Shown in pieces: positions 24,586-33,086 of a stretch of DNA of 33,086 nt (positions are counted from its first letter, which is position 1; the number at the start of each line of letters is the position of its first letter). The notes beneath the pieces were generated by a model. That model did no database searches. It worked only from the letters and a program-made list of their open reading frames with translations, and had not been told where the DNA came from. The position numbers were made by a program, and so were the translations under genes. The stretch comes from an uncultured Eubacteriales bacterium (lineage in GTDB: Bacteria > Bacillota > Clostridia > TANB77 > CAG-508). The stretch covers positions 1 to 33,086 of the forward strand of contig CAUUHK010000001.1 of assembly GCA_963545005.1 (NCBI GenBank), written 5' to 3'.

Positions 24586-25548
24586 TTGGAAATTTATTTA
24601 ATTGAAGGTGAAGATATTTATATAAAAGATAAATATTTAGCAAATATAAAGGCAAAACAAAAAGATATACAAAAAGGAATAAATTATATACTTTGCGATA
24701 AACCAGATATTGATGAATTAATTTATGAAATAAATATTCCATCTTTTTTATCCAAAGAAAAATTAATTATAGTGATTAATTCTAATATTTTTAAATCAAG
24801 TTATACAGATGGTGAAAAATTATTAAAAACATTAGAAGAAAATAGTGAAATGTATGATGGAATTACTTTAGTTTTAATAGAAGATAAAAATATACTTTCA
24901 ACTAATAAAATAAAAAAATATATTTCGAAAAATGGTAAAATATTAAAATGTGATAAACCTAAAAAAAATGATATAAAAGATGAAATTTTTTCAATAGCTA
25001 AAAATAACGAAATATATATATCATTTGAAGATATTTATTATTTAATAGAAAATGTAGGTGAAGATTTAAGTTTAAATATAAATGAATTTAATAAATTAAT
25101 TCACTTTGTAAAACAAACGCAAATAAATAAATATAAAATTAATAAAGAAATAATAGATAAAATAGTAATTAAAAATTCAGATGCTAAAATGTATGAAATT
25201 ACAGCAAAAATAGAAAATTATGATAGAAAAAATGCAATAAAGATAATAAATGAAAATTTTAATGATCAATCAAGTATTTTAGGAGTTATATCATATATGT
25301 ATGGATATTTTTTAGATATATATTTATGTTATATTTGCGATAAAGAAAAAAAAGATGCAGTATCTGAGTTAGGGATAGCACCGAATAGAACATTTGTAAT
25401 ACAAAACTATAGAAAAATGTATAATAGATTAGGTATAGAAAAAATAATAAATATATTAAAAGAATTATCTGAGATAGATGAAAAAACAAAAACAGAAAGT
25501 ATAGATAATATATTAATGATAAAATCATTAATAATGACAATATGTTAA
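24586..25548 (+). CDS. holA: DNA polymerase III delta subunit (HolA)
   Basis: TTG start preceded by AAGGAG plus 5 nt. The N-terminus IYLIEGEDIYIKDKYL, IPSFLSKEKLIIV and ENVGEDLSLNINEFNKL resemble the Firmicute HolA/YqeN pattern. The 320-aa length fits. Confidence 0.7.
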   Translation: MEIYLIEGEDIYIKDKYLANIKAKQKDIQKGINYILCDKPDIDELIYEINIPSFLSKEKLIIVINSNIFKSSYTDGEKLLKTLEENSEMYDGITLVLIEDKNILSTNKIKKYISKNGKILKCDKPKKNDIKDEIFSIAKNNEIYISFEDIYYLIENVGEDLSLNINEFNKLIHFVKQTQINKYKINKEIIDKIVIKNSDAKMYEITAKIENYDRKNAIKIINENFNDQSSILGVISYMYGYFLDIYLCYICDKEKKDAVSELGIAPNRTFVIQNYRKMYNRLGIEKIINILKELSEIDEKTKTESIDNILMIKSLIMTIC

Positions 25549-25560
25549 TAGGAGAAATAA

Positions 25561-28044
25561 ATGTTTTCAAAAGAAAAAATAAAATCTAAACTTGAATATT
25601 TAGGATTAGATTTAGATAAATTACCAAAAGCAATAACAGAATTTAATCCAATAGAATTTAATATTAGTAGGATAAATAACGATAGAGATAAAAGAATATA
25701 TAAATATATAGATATAGATGAAATAGAAATATTAATCACACCTCATAGTGCAAATGCTAGTATTCAAGAAAAATATAATGATGCTAAGAGTTTAAATTCA
25801 TTTTTTTTAGAAGAAAAAATAAATGCTGAAAAAATAAAAGAATATGTAAATTTAATAACTTTAATAGAAAATTTAAATGAAAAAGATATTGAAGAAGTAG
25901 AAAAAATTCAAAATGAATTAAAAACAAAACCACCATTTTTTGTAACATATAAGAAATCACATAATTGGAATATCTATTATAGTGAAAAATCAAAAAGATA
26001 TTTTATGTTAGTATGTTTAAATGAAAGTTGTTTTTCTGAATTTTTCTATCTATTAAAAATGAAATTAGCACTAGAAAAAGCAAGAACTAAAAAGGAAACT
26101 AAACGTAAGAATAAAAAAACAAAAGATGAATTTGAAGAATTTAAAGAAAATGAAAAAGAAAAAGATATAAAAAAAGAATATATTTATGCACCTATTTGTT
26201 ATTTAAACTACTCAGAGAAATTTTTATCAAATCATTCTACAATGGAAATAGAAAATTATATGTGGTTTTTCACAAAAAATTGGCCTATAGTGTATGAGTT
26301 ATATGATAAAAAAAATGTTTATACATATAACATAATTGGTCAAATAAGCATTTTAGATAAAATTAAATCTGAATATAAAATTATATTAAAAGACAAGGAA
26401 GAAGCGGATAAATTCTATAAATTTTTAAAAGCAATATATATTTTAGAAAGTAAAACAGATGGTTATATAAATTTTGAAGCTAAACTAGATAAAATTAATT
26501 CTTTAGAATTTTATGTGGATGATGAAATAATTTTTTATGAAGAATTACCAAAATTGCTGACAACTAAATATAAAAATTTATTGAATGAAATAAAATTGTA
26601 TAAAGAAGAAACTCTTACTAGAACCAATAAATTAGAAATTTTAAGAGAAAGTATTAAAGAAAAAGAATTGAATTATCAGTATTTACAATCTGAAATAACT
26701 AAATATTTAAATAGTCGAAGAACTTTTTTTGGTAAATTTAAATATTTCTTTGGAATGAAAGTAAAAGATTTCGATAAAGAGCAAGAAAAAATATATTCTA
26801 AAAAAAAGAATTTAAAAAATGATAATGAAGAAAAAAATAAAAAAGAAAATGAAATTGAAAATAAGTTGAAAAAATTAGGTTTAGAAGAATTAGGATATAT
26901 TATACAAAATGCAGAACTTAATATAAATAAAGCAAATATAACAATAGAAGATTTTGTAAAATTATATGATTCACATAAATATATCTACGACAAAGTAAAA
27001 AATATTACATTAGATATTAATGCTGCCAAATTATTTGAAATAAATATAGATAAAAAAATAGAAAATGCTAAAATGTATATTAATGAAATAGATTCATCAA
27101 GAAGAAATATTTTTGAATTTTGGAGATTTACAAATAAAGATAACTTAAAGGAATTAGAAGAACCAGACAAAACAAAATTGCCAAATGAAGAAGAGGAAAA
27201 AATTGAAAATAATATTGATGTAAAAAGAGATAAAATTTTTGATTATGATATGGATTATACAAAATTTGCACAAGAAATAGATAAATTTCAAAGAGAAAAA
27301 TTTACAATAGAAGAAATAGAAAGTATATTTTTAAGTTCAACAAAAATATTAGATATAGTAAATAATATGAAAACAAAAGATATTGTGGAGCAAGATATTA
27401 TAAATTTAAAAAATGAATTATTAGAAGAAAAAGCTAAAGAAAAAAATCAAGGCACAGAATATGATATATTTGGTAACTTAGATGCTAATTTAAGTGTAGA
27501 TTATTTTGGAGATAAATCATTTAGAGAGAAAAAAAGAAATAAATTAAATATACTAAAATATTACGAAACTATTGAAAATGTTGAATTATTAGAAAAAATA
27601 CATAATATAAATGAAAGTATACAAAGAGCATTAAATAAAACAAGTACAAAATATATTTTTGAATGTTATAAAGTTTTACCAATATTAGGCAGTCAAAATG
27701 AAAAAGGATATGATATATATGATTTAAATCCAGATAAAGAATTAAAATCATATATATATGATAAAGAAGATAAAATACAATTAATAAAAGTAAAAGTACC
27801 GACTATGTCAAAAGCTATATTTTATACAAATATAATGTATTATTTAAATCAAAATAATACATTACCACTAGGAATGGATGTATCATCAAAATTATTATTA
27901 GATGGAGAACAATTTAATTGGATAGAAAATAAAAAAACAAAATATAATATAAACAATATAGATAAAAAGACGAATAAAATAATAAATAAACAAATATATT
28001 TAACAGAATATATTATTGTGCCAAAAGATATAATTAATATATAA
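25561..28044 (+). CDS. Hypothetical 827-aa protein with no recognisable motif and a central Lys/Glu-rich coiled-coil region
   Basis: Uninterrupted 2.5-kb ORF. The ribosome-binding site TAGGAG lies 7 nt upstream of the ATG, and the start is 12 nt after the holA stop. I found no Walker A, no CxxC pairs and no transmembrane helices. Confidence 0.8.
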   Translation: MFSKEKIKSKLEYLGLDLDKLPKAITEFNPIEFNISRINNDRDKRIYKYIDIDEIEILITPHSANASIQEKYNDAKSLNSFFLEEKINAEKIKEYVNLITLIENLNEKDIEEVEKIQNELKTKPPFFVTYKKSHNWNIYYSEKSKRYFMLVCLNESCFSEFFYLLKMKLALEKARTKKETKRKNKKTKDEFEEFKENEKEKDIKKEYIYAPICYLNYSEKFLSNHSTMEIENYMWFFTKNWPIVYELYDKKNVYTYNIIGQISILDKIKSEYKIILKDKEEADKFYKFLKAIYILESKTDGYINFEAKLDKINSLEFYVDDEIIFYEELPKLLTTKYKNLLNEIKLYKEETLTRTNKLEILRESIKEKELNYQYLQSEITKYLNSRRTFFGKFKYFFGMKVKDFDKEQEKIYSKKKNLKNDNEEKNKKENEIENKLKKLGLEELGYIIQNAELNINKANITIEDFVKLYDSHKYIYDKVKNITLDINAAKLFEINIDKKIENAKMYINEIDSSRRNIFEFWRFTNKDNLKELEEPDKTKLPNEEEEKIENNIDVKRDKIFDYDMDYTKFAQEIDKFQREKFTIEEIESIFLSSTKILDIVNNMKTKDIVEQDIINLKNELLEEKAKEKNQGTEYDIFGNLDANLSVDYFGDKSFREKKRNKLNILKYYETIENVELLEKIHNINESIQRALNKTSTKYIFECYKVLPILGSQNEKGYDIYDLNPDKELKSYIYDKEDKIQLIKVKVPTMSKAIFYTNIMYYLNQNNTLPLGMDVSSKLLLDGEQFNWIENKKTKYNINNIDKKTNKIINKQIYLTEYIIVPKDIINI

Positions 28045-28079
28045 ATAAAAAATATATATAAAAACCTTAATAAAAATAT

Positions 28080-28120
28080 AAAAATAATTATTAATTAAAA
28101 TTTTAATAATTATTTTTATT
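28080..28120 (+). terminator. Possible terminator: an A/T-only hairpin after orf827
   Basis: The 15-bp perfect stem AAAAATAATTATTAA (28080-28094) pairs with TTAATAATTATTTTT (28103-28117). The loop is 8 nt and the hairpin runs into a T-tract. The stem has no G-C pairs, so its stability is low. Confidence 0.4.
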
Positions 28121-28123
28121 ATA

Positions 28124-28152
28124 TTGCAACAAATTAAAATATGTGATAATTT
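28124..28152 (+). promoter_or_regulatory. Sigma-A-type promoter for dnaE
   Basis: TTGCAA (28124-28129), a 17-nt spacer, then TAATTT (28147-28152), preceded by TGa as an extended -10. Confidence 0.5.
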
Positions 28153-28170
28153 CAACATGAAGGAAAAAAT

Positions 28171-31100
28171 ATGAAAGATTTTGTACATTTACATTTGCAT
28201 AGTGAATATAGTTTATTAGATGGTGCAAATAGAATTAAAGATATACCAAAAAGAGTTAAAGAGTTAGGGATGAGTTCTGTAGCCCTTACTGATCATGGTG
28301 TAATGTATGGTATTATAGATTTTTATCAAGCATGCAAGGAAGAAGGAATAAAACCTATTATTGGATGTGAAGTTTATTTAGCTGAAAGAACCCGTTTTGA
28401 TAAAGATCCTATTTTAGATAAAAATAGATATCATTTAATATTATTGGTAAAAAATGAAATAGGGTATAAAAATTTAACTAAATTAGTATCATTATCAAAT
28501 ATTGAAGGTTATTATTATAAACCACGAATAGATAAAGAAATTTTAGAAAAATATTCAGAAGGACTAATTTGTTTAAGTGCTTGTTTAGCAGGAGAATTAC
28601 CAAGGACTATTTTAGAAGATTATGAAAAAGCAAAAAAAATTGCTTTATGGTATAAAAAGATTTTTAAAGATGACTATTATATTGAATTACAATCAAATGG
28701 TTTGCCTATGCAAATGATTGCTAATTCTAAATTAATAACGCTTGCTAAAGAATTAGATATACCAATTGTAGCTACAAATGATTGTCATTATACAAATAAA
28801 GAAGATTCAGTATTCCATGATATATTACTTTGTATTCAAACTGGTAAAAAAATACAGGATGAAGATAGAATGAAATTTGAAACAGATCAGTTATATATAA
28901 AATCACCAGAAGAAATGTATCAAGATTTTGGAAATATTAAAGAAGCTATGGATAATACAGTTAAAATAGCTGAAAAATGTAATTTGGAATTAGAATTTGG
29001 AAATACTAAATTACCAAATTATGATATAGGCGATACTAATCATTTAGAATATTTTAAAAAATTAGTTAATGATGGACTAAAAAAAAGATATAAAGAAATA
29101 ACTAAAGAAATTACTGATAGAATAAATTATGAAGTAGATGTAATAGAAAAAATGGGATTTATAGATTATTTTTTAATAGTATGGGATTTTGTAAATTATG
29201 CTAAAAAAAATAATATACCAGTAGGAACAGGAAGAGGTTCAGGTGCAGGTTCTGTAGTTGCATATGTGTTAGAAATTACAGATATTGATCCATTAAAATA
29301 TAATTTAATATTTGAAAGATTTTTAAATCCTGAAAGAATTAGTATGCCAGATTTTGATATAGATTTTTGTAATGAAAAAAGAGAAGAAGTATTAAAATAT
29401 GTCGAAAATAAATATGGTACAGATCATGTAGCACAGATAATAACATTTGGAACCTTATCAGCAAAAATGGTAATTAGGGATGTTGGAAGAGTATTAAATA
29501 TTCCACTTAGCAAAGTAGATAGAATAGCTAAGTTAATACCAAATAAACCAAAAATAACTATAGATTGGTCATTAGAAAATATTGTAGATTTAAAACAGCT
29601 ATATAATGAAGATTTAGAAACTAAAAAAATTATAGATATAGCTAAAAAATTTGAAGGTATGCCACGCAATATTTCTACACATGCTTGTGGTGTTGTCATA
29701 ACAGATAAACCAGTAGATACATATGTACCACTTTCAATAAATGATGGTAATATAATAACACAATATGTTATGACACATTTAGAAAATTTAGGATTACTAA
29801 AAATGGATTTTTTAGGTTTAAGAACATTAACAGTCATTGATGAAGCTAAGAAAATAATAAAGAAAAATAAAAATGTAGATATAGTTTTTGATGATAATAT
29901 GGAAGATAAAAAAGTATATGAATTATGGCAAAAAGGTGATACATTAGCAGTATTTCAATTTGAAGCAGATGGTATTATGAAAGTAATGAAAAATTTAGGC
30001 ACAGATTGCCTTGAAGATATAACAGCTGGATTATCTTTATATAGACCTGGTCCAATGGATCAAATACCAAAATATATAGAAGGTAAAAAAAATAAAAATA
30101 ATATAATATATTTACATCCATCATTAGAGAAAATATTAAATGTAACATATGGCTGTATAGTATATCAAGAACAAGTAATGCAAATAGTTAGAGAATTAGC
30201 AGGCTATTCTTTTGGAAGAGCAGATTTAGTTAGAAGAGCTATGGGAAAAAAGAAAATAGAAATTATGGAAAAAGAACGAGATATTTTTATTAATGGTGAA
30301 GTAGATAAAGATGGAAATATATTAGTTCCAGGTTGTATTAGAAACGGAATTGATGAGATATCTGCAATAAAAATATTTGATGAAATGGCAGAATTTGCTA
30401 AATTTGCTTTTAATAAATCTCACGCAGCGGCATATGCAATTTTGTCTTACCAAACAGCATATTTAAAAACATATTATCCTGCAGAAATGTTAGCAGCAAC
30501 ATTAAATAGTTATATAGGTAATTTTGAAAAAATACCTATATATATAGAAGATGCATTAAATCATAATATACAAGTACTAAAGCCAGATATTAATATCAGT
30601 GATATTAAATTTTCAGTAGATAAAGAAACAGGAAATATTATATATGGATTATCTAGCATAAAAAATATAGGTATTAATATATCTGAAAACATTATTAAAG
30701 AAAGAATAGTAAATGGGGAATATAAAACATTTACAGATTTTGTGAAAAGATTAATAGATAAAGGTATAACAAAAAAAGTTTTAGAAGTTTTAATAAAAAT
30801 TGGTGCATTTGAAAAATTAGAACCAAACATGGGAAAATTACTTGCATCTTATGAAGATATTTTAAAATCTTATCAAAATTCAAATAATGGGCAGATGGAA
30901 GGTCAAATGAATATGCTAGAACTTTTTTCAGGATCGGAAGTTATTGAAAATGAAAAAGATATGTATATAAACGCGCCAGATATTTCACAAAGAGAAAAAT
31001 ATAATTATGAAAAAGAATTTATAGGATTATATATTTCAGGCCACCCACTAAAAAAAATAAATAGATATTTAGAGAAAATAGTTAATTTTAATGGTAAAAA

Positions 31101-31416
31101 TGTTTTAGAAATATATAATGATGAAACACATAAATATAAAGATAAACAAAAAATAAAAACTGTTGTTATGATTGAAAAAATAACAAAAAAATATTCTAAA
31201 AAAGGAAATTTAGTAGTATTTCTTGAAGTAAGTGACATATATACTACATATAAATTAATGTTATGGGAAAGTATATATAGAGCTTTTGAACATTTAATTA
31301 AAGAAGAAGCTATTGTAGGAATTATTGGAGAAATATATTTTAATTTAGATAATGAATTAAATATTATTGTTAAGCAAATTTCAGATATAAAAATTAATGG
31401 ACAAAGTATTTCTTAA
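28171..31416 (+). CDS. dnaE: DNA polymerase III alpha subunit, DnaE type
   Basis: N-terminal PHP domain FVHLHLHSEYSLLDG. Palm and fingers motifs GRGSGAGSVVAY, PDFDIDF and LKMDFLGLRTL. AFNKSHAAAYA is present, followed by a C-terminal OB region. There is no internal exonuclease insert, so this is not PolC. Confidence 0.95.
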   Translation: MKDFVHLHLHSEYSLLDGANRIKDIPKRVKELGMSSVALTDHGVMYGIIDFYQACKEEGIKPIIGCEVYLAERTRFDKDPILDKNRYHLILLVKNEIGYKNLTKLVSLSNIEGYYYKPRIDKEILEKYSEGLICLSACLAGELPRTILEDYEKAKKIALWYKKIFKDDYYIELQSNGLPMQMIANSKLITLAKELDIPIVATNDCHYTNKEDSVFHDILLCIQTGKKIQDEDRMKFETDQLYIKSPEEMYQDFGNIKEAMDNTVKIAEKCNLELEFGNTKLPNYDIGDTNHLEYFKKLVNDGLKKRYKEITKEITDRINYEVDVIEKMGFIDYFLIVWDFVNYAKKNNIPVGTGRGSGAGSVVAYVLEITDIDPLKYNLIFERFLNPERISMPDFDIDFCNEKREEVLKYVENKYGTDHVAQIITFGTLSAKMVIRDVGRVLNIPLSKVDRIAKLIPNKPKITIDWSLENIVDLKQLYNEDLETKKIIDIAKKFEGMPRNISTHACGVVITDKPVDTYVPLSINDGNIITQYVMTHLENLGLLKMDFLGLRTLTVIDEAKKIIKKNKNVDIVFDDNMEDKKVYELWQKGDTLAVFQFEADGIMKVMKNLGTDCLEDITAGLSLYRPGPMDQIPKYIEGKKNKNNIIYLHPSLEKILNVTYGCIVYQEQVMQIVRELAGYSFGRADLVRRAMGKKKIEIMEKERDIFINGEVDKDGNILVPGCIRNGIDEISAIKIFDEMAEFAKFAFNKSHAAAYAILSYQTAYLKTYYPAEMLAATLNSYIGNFEKIPIYIEDALNHNIQVLKPDINISDIKFSVDKETGNIIYGLSSIKNIGINISENIIKERIVNGEYKTFTDFVKRLIDKGITKKVLEVLIKIGAFEKLEPNMGKLLASYEDILKSYQNSNNGQMEGQMNMLELFSGSEVIENEKDMYINAPDISQREKYNYEKEFIGLYISGHPLKKINRYLEKIVNFNGKNVLEIYNDETHKYKDKQKIKTVVMIEKITKKYSKKGNLVVFLEVSDIYTTYKLMLWESIYRAFEHLIKEEAIVGIIGEIYFNLDNELNIIVKQISDIKINGQSIS

Positions 31417-31507
31417 ATATCTATATATTGTTAAAAAATGTGTAAAAGTATAGAAAAAATGATTATAATAATATATGTTATATATATAAGAATTAAAAGA
31501 GATTTAT

Positions 31508-31948
31508 ATGAAATTAATAGATAATATATATTGTAATAGTGATAAATTAATAATAGATAAAGATATTGAATTAGTATATAAAGGAAAGTTAATTAATTTT
31601 CAAAACGCAGTAGATGATAAAAATGTATATATATGTTACGGTTATGGGAATAATTTTGAATGTTTTTCTTGTATGAAAATGAAAAAATTTTCATTAGGAT
31701 ATAAAGTTAATATTAAATTAAAAAAATACGATAAATTATCTTTTTATATTTATGATAGTAATTTAAATTGGGACACAAATAATGGTAAGCTATATAATTT
31801 AGAAATAGAAGAAATACAGCAAAAAGAATTTTTACCACTTAAAATGGAAAAAAATACTTTAAAGAAGATAAAAGAAATTATAGAACTTGGATACAAAAAA
31901 ATTGCAAAAGTATTTGAAAATAGATTATTAGATAGTAATTTTGAATAA
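31508..31948 (+). CDS. Hypothetical 146-aa protein. The N-terminal approximately 100 aa has a possible CBM25/CBM53-like carbohydrate-binding pattern.
   Basis: ORF with a weak AGAG ribosome-binding site. The pattern VYKG...VYICYGYG...M.K...Y.V.I.L....LSFYIYDS..NWDTNNGKLYNL resembles the WDNNxGxNY signature of starch-binding modules. This is a tentative call made by eye. Confidence 0.55.
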   Translation: MKLIDNIYCNSDKLIIDKDIELVYKGKLINFQNAVDDKNVYICYGYGNNFECFSCMKMKKFSLGYKVNIKLKKYDKLSFYIYDSNLNWDTNNGKLYNLEIEEIQQKEFLPLKMEKNTLKKIKEIIELGYKKIAKVFENRLLDSNFE

Positions 31949-32002
31949 TAAAATGGACATATATTATAATTAATAATATAATGCTTATAAAGGAGAAATT
32001 TG

Positions 32003-33086
32003 TGAAAAATAAAGAAGGTGTTAGTAACGAAACATCACCAGTTTCATATGTTTTAGAAGGAGAAATGAGAGAACATAGAAAAAAAAGTATTAAGAAAAAA
32101 ATAAGTATAATATTAATATTACTAGCGATAGCAATTTTATTATTATCAACGATTTTTGCTTTACTAAATTTACAAAATGATCGAATTATAAAAAATGTGA
32201 AAATAAATGGAATTAATGTTTCAAATAAAACTAAAAAAGAAGTAGAAGATTATTTATATAATATATACAAAGCGAATGCTGAAAAAAAATTAAGTTTTGT
32301 AAATGAAAAAAATGTTGAGCTTGAGGATAAAATTAGTCCAACAGATATCAATTTCAGAATAAAACTAAGCAAAGCTATTGATGATAGTTATAATTTAGGA
32401 AGAGATAGTAATATTTTTGTAAACAACTTTATTATATTAAAACAGTTATTCATAGAGAAAAATTATGAATTAGAATATGAATATGATGAAAATGAATTAA
32501 TAAAAAAAATACAGGAGCTAGATGAAAAATTAGAAAATAAGTTGCAAGAAGTAAGCTTTTCAATAGTAGAAGATAAATTAGTAATATTACCAGGTAAGTC
32601 AGGAAATATAATTAATAGAGAGTTAATTCAAAAAAATATTTTAAAAGCATTTAAAGAAAATAATTTTTCAAATAATATAGTTGTGTCACAAATTTTTAAA
32701 AATCCAAACCAGATAGATATTGAAAAAATATATGCACAGGTAAAGAAAAATTCAGAAAACGCTAGTTTTAATGAAACTACTAAAGAAATAAAAAAGGAAC
32801 AAAACGGCGTAGACTTTGCAATAACAATAGATGAAGCAAAAAAAATATTATTAGAAAAAAAAGAACAATATGAAATACCTTTAAAATTTATAAAACCAGA
32901 AATAACAATATTATCTCTTGAGAATAAAATATTTAGAGATGTTTTAGGTTCGAATTCAACTAGTTTTAAAACAAGTGGTTCTAATAGAAGACACAATGTA
33001 ATTTTAACAGCTAATAAAATAAATGGTATTGTTGTTAATTCAGGTGAAACTTTTTCATTTAATAAAGCATTAAATTATTCATTAGT
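32003..33086 (+). CDS. VanW family (YoaR-like) protein, 5' partial. The ORF runs off the end of the window.
   Basis: GTG start preceded by AAGGAG. I translated this frame by hand; it is not in the supplied track because no stop is reached. An N-terminal transmembrane helix (ISIILILLAIAILLLSTIFALL) is present. The last stretch, IFRDVLGSNSTSFKTSGSNRRHNVILTANKINGIVVNSGETFSFNKAL, matches the start of the VanW domain. Confidence 0.8.

Noticed and set aside
31949-32002. A short A/T-only palindrome (tatattat-aatta-ataatata) after the 146-aa ORF, considered as a terminator.
   Set aside because: The stem is only 8 bp, has no G-C pairs and is not followed by a clear T-tract. It cannot be told apart from chance palindromes in AT-rich DNA.
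2023-32996. About 30 minus-strand ORFs of 60-146 aa in the supplied track, for example 2023-2340, 4004-4327, 16022-16462, 19965-20288, 22305-22733, 29424-29837 and 32628-32996.
   Set aside because: Almost all of them lie antisense to strongly supported, motif-bearing + strand genes. The one at 19965-20288 lies mostly in the A-rich veg/SSB-like intergenic spacer. Their products are low-complexity Phe/Leu/Ile/Ser/Tyr strings, which is what the reverse complement of A-rich sequence (Lys/Glu/Asn-rich sense codons or A-tracts) produces. None has a ribosome-binding site. Stop codons are simply rare on the antisense strand of such A-rich sequence.
1-33086. An alternative genetic code (TGA read as Trp, as in Mycoplasma-like low-GC lineages) or other stop-codon recoding.
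   Set aside because: All long ORFs are continuous under the standard code, and Trp is encoded by TGG. For example, TGA occurs out of frame at 16080-16082 without disrupting any conserved alignment. The cell-wall genes murB, the M23 peptidase and the VanW gene also argue against a wall-less Mollicute.

Overview
This is a very AT-rich window (by eye about three quarters A+T). It is densely packed, and all but one gene is on the + strand. It reads as ordinary core chromosome of a low-GC Gram-positive bacterium (Bacillota, Clostridia-like) that uses the standard genetic code: Trp is TGG, every stop I checked is TAA or TAG, and no in-frame TGA has to be read through.

Gene order:
- membrane-anchored hypothetical protein
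- dnaG
- rpoD
- small acidic ORF
- M23 peptidase
- four-subunit 2-oxoacid:ferredoxin oxidoreductase (gamma-delta-alpha-beta)
- ClpC/ClpE-type double-AAA+ unfoldase with an atypical N-terminus
- tyrS
- ftsY
- UPF0182 membrane protein, broken by a 1-nt frameshift
- two coiled-coil ORFs
- acyltransferase-3 membrane protein
- veg-like gene (the only minus-strand gene)
- tandem-OB SSB-like protein
- murB
- yvcK-like gene with extra terminal regions
- ruvC
- holA
- 827-aa ORF with no recognisable motif
- dnaE
- 146-aa ORF
- 5' part of a VanW-family gene

I found several sigma-A-type promoters and rho-independent terminators by eye; they divide the window into plausible operons. I see no rRNA, tRNA, CRISPR array, transposase, integrase, phage module or recognisable defence genes.

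I do not see a clear multi-gene novel system. The most promising leads are the lineage-specific unknown ORFs sitting inside housekeeping operons (25561-28044 and 16463-18367), the tandem-OB SSB-like gene, the Clp ATPase whose N-domain is replaced and which has an inverted-repeat operator, and tyrS lacking a T-box. All functional calls come from motif recognition by eye. No database search was run.
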